Origin: a virus
Lineage: Duplodnaviria; Caudoviricetes
DNA length: 64,000 nt
Strand: one strand, 5' to 3'
Virus record (IMG/VR): IMGVR_UViG_2799112583_000005
Location: 6,192-70,191 of that record
A program made the position numbers and the translations under genes. Position 1 is the stretch's first letter. Each line of letters begins with the position of its first letter. Below, in pieces: positions 58,485 to 64,000 of the stretch. The notes under the pieces are model-generated. The model had not been told where the DNA came from. It saw only the letters and a list, made by a program, of their open reading frames with translations, and made no database searches.

Positions 58485-59504
58485 GTGAAAGTACCTGAGC
58501 CACGGAAAATGACATCTGGGAACTGGTTTATTCAGCTCCGCCTCGGCGGCCAAAGCATTCCTGTCACGGCTGCGACGAAAAAGGAGTGCATCCGGCAGGC
58601 TGAGCTTATCAAGGCAGAACACCGAACGGGGAAGCGGACGGAGATCAAGAAAGAATCGGAGCTCACGCTGGGAGAGGCGCTGGATCGATATATCAATACA
58701 TATTCCAAAACGCTTTCCCCATCCACGATCCGCGGGTACAAGATGTATCGGAAGGCTCGTTTCCTCGCATACCAGGACAAGCGACTGGACACCATCAACT
58801 GGCAACGTATGATCGACGACGAGCTGGCGTCCAAGAGCGAGAAGACGGTCAAAAACGGATGGGGCCTTGTCCATGCAGCTCTGGACCACATAGGCTATCC
58901 GATCCCGAAGATAAAGCTTGCCAAAGCGCCGGTCAACGAGATCGCTTTTCTGCAGCCGGAGGAGATTAAGCCATTCTGCGCTGCTGTCAAAGGCCGGAGC
59001 TATGAGATCGCGGCCTTGTTAGAGCTTCACGGCTTGCGTCTATCTGAAGTACGCGGCCTGAAATGGGAGAACATCGACACGGAGAGGGAGATAATCACCA
59101 TCCGGGGCGCAATGGTGCGGGGCATGGACGGACAGACGCTGAAGAAGACGAATAAAAACGAGGCGTCTTCCCGTGATGTGCCAATCCTTATTCCGCAGCT
59201 CAAGGAAGCTCTGGAAGCAGTCGAGGACAAAATCGGCTTTGTAGTGAAGATATACCCGAACACTCTTCTGGACGATGTAAAACGGGCGTGCAAGCGTGCC
59301 AGGGTAACAGAGGTAACAAACCACGGCCTGCGCCATTCGTTTGCGAGTCTCTGCTACTTTCTCGGTATCCCCGAGCGCCAGACCATGAAATGGGGCGGGT
59401 GGAGCGACTACACGACCATGCACAAGATATATATCCGTCTTGCAGCAGTGGCAGAGACCGAGGCAAAGCAAAAGATGGTTTCTTTTTTTGAAAGTGCTAA
59501 CTAA
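58485..59504 (+). CDS. int: Tyrosine recombinase (phage integrase)
   Basis: GLRLSEV, NHGLRHSF, GW, IY catalytic residues; 60 bp from attR. Confidence 0.95.
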   Translation: MKVPEPRKMTSGNWFIQLRLGGQSIPVTAATKKECIRQAELIKAEHRTGKRTEIKKESELTLGEALDRYINTYSKTLSPSTIRGYKMYRKARFLAYQDKRLDTINWQRMIDDELASKSEKTVKNGWGLVHAALDHIGYPIPKIKLAKAPVNEIAFLQPEEIKPFCAAVKGRSYEIAALLELHGLRLSEVRGLKWENIDTEREIITIRGAMVRGMDGQTLKKTNKNEASSRDVPILIPQLKEALEAVEDKIGFVVKIYPNTLLDDVKRACKRARVTEVTNHGLRHSFASLCYFLGIPERQTMKWGGWSDYTTMHKIYIRLAAVAETEAKQKMVSFFESAN

Positions 59505-59514
59505 AATGCTAACT
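59495..59514 (+). promoter_or_regulatory. Putative integrase arm-type sites (right)
   Basis: TGCTAACTA / TGCTAACT, 12-bp period, as at 8567-8587. Confidence 0.65.
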
Positions 59515-59563
59515 GATTTTGATTTTGAATTGATATTACTTTGCTTTTTGGACTTTTTATGAC

Positions 59564-59589
59564 GGGTTCGAGTCCCACCACCGGCACCA
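59564..59589 (+). repeat. attR core
   Basis: Identical to tRNA 3' 26 bp. Confidence 0.95.
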
Positions 59590-59594
59590 AACCA

Positions 59595-59643
59595 ACAAAA
59601 TCCGAACCAGATCTTCCCTATGGGAGACGGGTTCGGATTTTGT
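59595..59643 (+). terminator. Hairpin that followed the tRNA before prophage insertion
   Basis: ACAAAATCCGAACC/GGTTCGGATTTTGT stem + T tract. Confidence 0.65.
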
Positions 59644-59749
59644 GTTTTCTACAGGAATCAGTATTTCCTCAATGGTGTACTCCGCCGACCTGAATCCAAA
59701 CCGAGAGGGCCACGAAAGAAGAAAACTAATTGATTTGGAGGTATCTATT

Positions 59750-60004
59750 ATGAGAAAACTGATTTCCTGCTCCTATAATGAGGATTCCCAGATTGTAGAG
59801 CTTTGCTACTCCGATGGAACGCTAATAAACATTGACTGTATAGCCATTGAGGATACTGTTGCCCGAAACATGTATGAGCGTTCAGAGCTGGACTATCTGC
59901 TCTACCACGACCCCTTGAGCTATGCCGACTTGGTTTTGAAAGGAGACATTGAAGCTTATCTGCGGAATGTGACCGATTACCGGCCACTAGATGAAAGAGA
60001 ATGA
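59750..60004 (+). CDS. DUF6061-like protein
   Basis: DGTLINIDCIAIED....YERSELDYLLYHDPLSYADLVL.GD. Confidence 0.7.
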   Translation: MRKLISCSYNEDSQIVELCYSDGTLINIDCIAIEDTVARNMYERSELDYLLYHDPLSYADLVLKGDIEAYLRNVTDYRPLDERE

Positions 60005-60093
60005 ACAAAACACGCATGATGGCATATAGGGCTTAACCGTTAAGAAAGGATAGACTTAATCAACTGTAGGAATCTATCAAAACGGTTGCCGAC

Positions 60094-60143
60094 AAGAAGC
60101 CGGAGAGTTGGGTACAGAGGTGTACACAACTCTCCGGCTTCTT
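60094..60143. terminator. Bidirectional terminator
   Basis: AAGAAGCCGGAGAGTTG/CAACTCTCCGGCTTCTT. Confidence 0.75.
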
Positions 60144-60155
60144 AATGACCACTCA

Positions 60156-61250
60156 TTACAGCTTTTTCTTATTATAATGTAATTCCTCAATGTCATATAC
60201 ATCAACTGATATACATTGAAATAATTCTGGATTGAATATTGCTAAATTGAAGCCGCCTGGGTTTGTCGTACTATTATACTCAATGCCATCATATTCTGGA
60301 GCCCCGTCGTGTTCAATGCTCTTTATGAAATCGACGATATACTGGGTTGGAATATAATCTAAAGTGCTATCACTTCTGCGGAGAGGACGACTCATTTCAA
60401 AGTTTAGCTTTTCTAAGTACTGCTTGTTAATAGCGTGGTCAATAAAATCCAAACCTTCAATAAAAGGACTAATTGTATTTAACGCTTTTAAGTCCACAAT
60501 AGTGATGTCTCGTTTTAGCTGGAATGTTCCAACGGTTACGTAATCAAAGACACCCGCGCGAACCTCGTGCAAAGTTGTATCAATGTCATTAGCCACATAT
60601 AGGCATGTGATGCCTCGTGCATTTGCACGTCCTTCTGAACTTTTCCCAGCTGGAGGTGCCGACATTTCTGCTACAGGGAAGCCCCGGCTATCTGAGATTC
60701 TAGCACGGTAAAAACAATCACCGGTTTTATACTTCTTTCGAATAAACGAGCAATACTTTTCTAAGATGCCAAAGTTTACCAATTTGGAATGATACCTGTT
60801 TTTAGTCTTTATTTCGTCTACAAATTCCTCCCAACTACTATTCTTGAGAAGGGCGTGATCACGCAAATAGGACGAGTCGTGAAGCTCAGGAATACCAATC
60901 AAGTCATCAAATAATGCCGGTGCAGTAGAGTATAAATCATGACAGATTGCAGTAATGATTTCATATTGAGATGCACGAGATATGCCTGAAAAAACACTCC
61001 ATCGATCATTGAGTTCATCAATAAGTGTGCGTCGTTCAGCTACTGGATAGTAGTCAGGCAATGAAGAGGTTGGAGAATAAACACTTATTAAATCCTCAAA
61101 ATATGGCGTCAAATCATTTTGCAAAGCAGTATCATAAAGAAATACGTCATCGCTGCCACAAACAGGGCATTTCCCTTTTGTTCCACCAGAAACAGCTCCA
61201 ATAATTGAGGATATTTCTCTATCTTTAAAACAATGATCACAGAAAATCAT
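60156..61250 (-). CDS. RES-domain protein with N-terminal Zn-binding domain
   Basis: CDHC..CPVC; YRARI, GRAN..GI.CLY, HEVR, YIPTQY, IEYNS (R-E-S). Confidence 0.88.
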   Translation of the reverse strand: MIFCDHCFKDREISSIIGAVSGGTKGKCPVCGSDDVFLYDTALQNDLTPYFEDLISVYSPTSSLPDYYPVAERRTLIDELNDRWSVFSGISRASQYEIITAICHDLYSTAPALFDDLIGIPELHDSSYLRDHALLKNSSWEEFVDEIKTKNRYHSKLVNFGILEKYCSFIRKKYKTGDCFYRARISDSRGFPVAEMSAPPAGKSSEGRANARGITCLYVANDIDTTLHEVRAGVFDYVTVGTFQLKRDITIVDLKALNTISPFIEGLDFIDHAINKQYLEKLNFEMSRPLRRSDSTLDYIPTQYIVDFIKSIEHDGAPEYDGIEYNSTTNPGGFNLAIFNPELFQCISVDVYDIEELHYNKKKL

Positions 61251-62185
61251 TCTTTTGCTCCATCCAGAAACCTGCTCATAAGCTCTAAGTGATGCATAAT
61301 TGAGTATTTTTTTAGAACGCCTAAGCCGGGATACGTTTGGCTCCAATACGCTGACTCAAAGGCTTTTATTCCAGCAGTATCTAATCTCATCGTTTGATTC
61401 CAATCAACGAGTTTTTTTGCTGCCTCAGAGAACTTCCTGGCGGGGTCAGAAATATCATCGTTAGAATCAGAGACAAAATGAGCTATGCGAAGAGTTTTTT
61501 TGTCATCAAAGAAAACAATGTGAATTGCGACTGCATAAGGAGCAAAACCGGTCTCACTATATTCATCGCCTACTACAGAGTAGTCAGAGAAACCTTTGTA
61601 TCCGTCATCTGAATAGAATAAATGATCGTTGGAAAAAAACTCTGTTTCGATTCCTGAATAATCTACATTTCTGCTTTGCTTTGGAAAATGATCCTCACAC
61701 AGGACGCGATTTGGCCGAATTCGGCGTCTAAAATCCCCTTTGTCTGGAATTAGATTATATAGAGGAATTGCATCACCAATAGCATTCTCATAAAAACCAA
61801 TACTATCAGGGTTGTTGCAAATGAGTATCAGATTATCGCGATTAAGGCCTTGCTCTTTCATTTGCTCAACAAAAGATTTCAAGTGAGAATCAACATAAAG
61901 CGCTGAAATCAAATGTTGATCAGCCATAAGCGCAGAAACAGCATCTTTTATTCCTTGATTGCTTTCTTTCTTCAAGTCTTTAACGAAACTTCCTACATGT
62001 GGGTTGCGAATAACAGAGACTCGCCTATCGGCACGAATAAAAGAGTCTAAGGTTTTAACAAAAGTTGAAGATGCCTTAACTGGCTCAATTATCGGAAGTA
62101 CTCTTTCGCTCAGCAGATTCCCCGTAATGCATTCACGCAGAGCAAGCAGTTCAAATTGACGACCACGTAAAATGGGAAAATACAT
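61247..62185 (-). CDS. sce7725-family (beta-like) protein
   Basis: MYFPILRGRQFELLAL, PIIEP, GFSDYSVVG..YSE.G..P.AVAIH, GLG.LKK.SI.HH.E. Confidence 0.85.
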   Translation of the reverse strand: MYFPILRGRQFELLALRECITGNLLSERVLPIIEPVKASSTFVKTLDSFIRADRRVSVIRNPHVGSFVKDLKKESNQGIKDAVSALMADQHLISALYVDSHLKSFVEQMKEQGLNRDNLILICNNPDSIGFYENAIGDAIPLYNLIPDKGDFRRRIRPNRVLCEDHFPKQSRNVDYSGIETEFFSNDHLFYSDDGYKGFSDYSVVGDEYSETGFAPYAVAIHIVFFDDKKTLRIAHFVSDSNDDISDPARKFSEAAKKLVDWNQTMRLDTAGIKAFESAYWSQTYPGLGVLKKYSIMHHLELMSRFLDGAKE

Positions 62186-62195
62186 TTTTATCCTC

Positions 62196-63035
62196 CTATG
62201 TACACAAGAAGCTTTTTAGCCGGGAATAATCAGCTTTTTTAAAGTTAGAGAAATAGATGAGAAACTTCAGTTCATACGGCGCTTTCTCAAATTCGTCTAT
62301 TTCTATTTTAGATCTTCTTTTCAGTGTTTGCGTAAAAAGAGTGTAGGCTTCTATCACAGGAATAGATTCAAACCAAGACAAGCAAGTTCTATAGTATTCA
62401 AACTGAGATACGTTGGGTAACCTACCAAATTTGGATAGAAGAATGCTTTCATATTCATCCTTCCTAAGCACCTTAAACATCGTAGAAAGCGAAAGCTTCT
62501 CAGTATATTCCACCGGCTTCTTTCGTTCGCTAATAGTGTCCCTCTTGGTTAGAATATATATGCCAACAGGCGTGCCCTCTAAGCGACTTGAAATCTCTTC
62601 AAAATTGCTTTCAGAAGTCACGACAGCAACACGCGAAAAAGCTTTATAGTAGTCGGCTATCTGCCCGTCAAGGCGCTCAAAGTTATCTAATTCAGTTTTT
62701 ATCTCATATACAACGGCTTTTCCATTAATCAAAATGAAATCTGCTTTTGAATTTCCTATTGGAACTTCGGTGAGAGCCGTAGTGGTATGAGGATTATGGA
62801 TGCCCAGGAGGAGTTTGTTTAGAAGCGTGTTTTTGTAGTAGTATTCATTTTGATATTGTGATTTCAGGAAAAAGTATATTTCGCTAATACACTCCAGATT
62901 TGATAGATTAGATGAGTCGGCAACATAGCGTCGAATAGCGGCAGAATAAGTTGCACTTTCTCCTTCATTAATCAATTCTTTTAAGGTGTTTCGTGTAAAA
63001 AAGCGATTAATCAAAATTGAGTTGTTGCCGTCCAT
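62196..63035 (-). CDS. sce7726-family protein (PD-(D/E)XK-like)
   Basis: YQNEYYYKN, E.PIG.SKADF..ING...VYEIKTELDN..RL..Q..DY.KAF. Confidence 0.85.
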   Translation of the reverse strand: MDGNNSILINRFFTRNTLKELINEGESATYSAAIRRYVADSSNLSNLECISEIYFFLKSQYQNEYYYKNTLLNKLLLGIHNPHTTTALTEVPIGNSKADFILINGKAVVYEIKTELDNFERLDGQIADYYKAFSRVAVVTSESNFEEISSRLEGTPVGIYILTKRDTISERKKPVEYTEKLSLSTMFKVLRKDEYESILLSKFGRLPNVSQFEYYRTCLSWFESIPVIEAYTLFTQTLKRRSKIEIDEFEKAPYELKFLIYFSNFKKADYSRLKSFLCT

Positions 63036-63178
63036 CCAAAACACCTCCCTCTAAAAGAATTCGATACAGAAATAGTCCTCAAAATCACATACTCTTTCAA
63101 CTTAAATATATTCGTTTGAATGAATTATGTCAAGTAAAGAAGGGCGCTACAGCTAGAGCTAAATGCTTTCTTCCATAA

Positions 63179-64000
63179 TCATTTACGTCTCGGCTTGTTC
63201 TTCCCGCGTTTGTTGGGCTGGGCTTTAAGCAGCGAGGACTTCTTTAAAATGTTGATCAAGCTCGCGAACTCTTCCTTCGTTAGCTTATCGTAATTGATGC
63301 CGAGCTGCTTGCAGAACAGGCGCGCCTGGCGTTCCTCTGGGCTGCCCTCGTAACTCATGGCTGCTTCCAGCTCCTGCCGCGCGGTGTCGGAGGGGTTGAC
63401 CGCATCTGCGGTGGTCGTATCCTTCTTGTGCGCTTCCCGGATATCCGCGATGATCTTGTCGAGATCTTCATGCACGACCCGGCTGAAATACTCGTCCTCA
63501 TCGATCTGAGCCAGCTCCAGCGTCCGCATATACAGATCGTTCTCGCCGGGGTTGTGCTTTTCCATGACGGTTTTCCGTGCTTCCGCAAGCACGACATTCA
63601 TATCATGAACCCGCATTGCTGCGATCCGATCCACGCAGATCTCCGTATCCACTATCAGACGCTGAAAATCCGGATGCGTGGCGATCTCACATAGCAGGCG
63701 GTTGTTGATCTTCCCGCTTGCCAATAGCTTCAGCATTTCATCACTCAGATGCAGACCAGCCAGGTCTGTGTCTGGGTGATTTTTCATTTCCGAGACTCCC
63801 AGCAGGTAATCCGTGGAGACCCCATAGTACTCCGCCAGCGTCACGATGCTGAACGGGCTGATGTCTTTATAATCATCGGTCTCATAGCTGCCAAGGGCAG
63901 ACTTGGACAAACCGGTGAGTTCAGCAAGCTCCTCCAGTTTCAACTTGCGCTCTGTACGCAAATCCTTCAACCGTTCGGGAACAGACAGTTTTACATACAT
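63179..64000 (-). CDS. XRE-family HTH protein of clostridial integrative elements
   Basis: ERLKDLRTERKL.LEELA..TGLSKSALGSYE, LAEYYGVSTDYLLG, NNRLLCE. Confidence 0.85.
   Translation of the reverse strand: MYVKLSVPERLKDLRTERKLKLEELAELTGLSKSALGSYETDDYKDISPFSIVTLAEYYGVSTDYLLGVSEMKNHPDTDLAGLHLSDEMLKLLASGKINNRLLCEIATHPDFQRLIVDTEICVDRIAAMRVHDMNVVLAEARKTVMEKHNPGENDLYMRTLELAQIDEDEYFSRVVHEDLDKIIADIREAHKKDTTTADAVNPSDTARQELEAAMSYEGSPEERQARLFCKQLGINYDKLTKEEFASLINILKKSSLLKAQPNKRGKNKPRRK

Larger units (their letters stand above)
8414..59589. mobile_element. Complete temperate siphovirus-like prophage (51,150 bp between att cores) in tRNA-Leu
   Basis: att repeats, integrase next to attR, cI/cro switch, replication, packaging, head, long-tail and lysis modules all present as open ORFs. 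Confidence 0.93.
59590..64000. mobile_element. Second genomic island downstream of the same tRNA (continues beyond window)
   Basis: DUF6061, AT-rich cargo and element-type HTH immediately after attR; no recombinase within the window. Confidence 0.55.

Noticed and set aside
59564-59589. Second tRNA gene
   Set aside because: Only the 3' 26 nt (T-arm and acceptor half) are present; this is attR.

Overview
This looks like a Firmicute (Clostridia/Oscillospiraceae-like) chromosome segment; the taxonomy is inferred from gene content only. (1) 1-3010: a tail-less phage-derived head module (portal 3' end, Prp protease, scaffold, N4-gp56-type capsid, small protein). Scaffold and capsid both carry L27-like Prp cleavage leaders. 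(2) 3214-8245: DHHW/MBOAT O-acylation pair, an RCC1/TPR protein and a chromosomal NlpC/P60 hydrolase closely related to the prophage lysin. (3) tRNA-Leu(CAA) at 8354-8439 is the attachment site of an apparently complete 51,150-bp siphovirus prophage (26-bp att repeats at 8414-8439 and 59564-59589; integrase 58485-59504). The prophage carries a small-gene array with a type II hammerhead-like ribozyme; a transporter + 2 PP-loop + 2 ParB operon in front of the terminase; a MuF-fused toxin with a putative immunity gene; a complete DGR (target, avd, TR, RT; all 12 TR/VR differences at TR adenines); a Tad1 anti-defence sponge; and two DNA methyltransferases. Its early module runs convergently to the late module. 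(4) Beyond attR, a second island holds an AT-rich sce7726-sce7725-RES operon, a candidate defence system. All product calls come from motif recognition by eye; no database searches were run.
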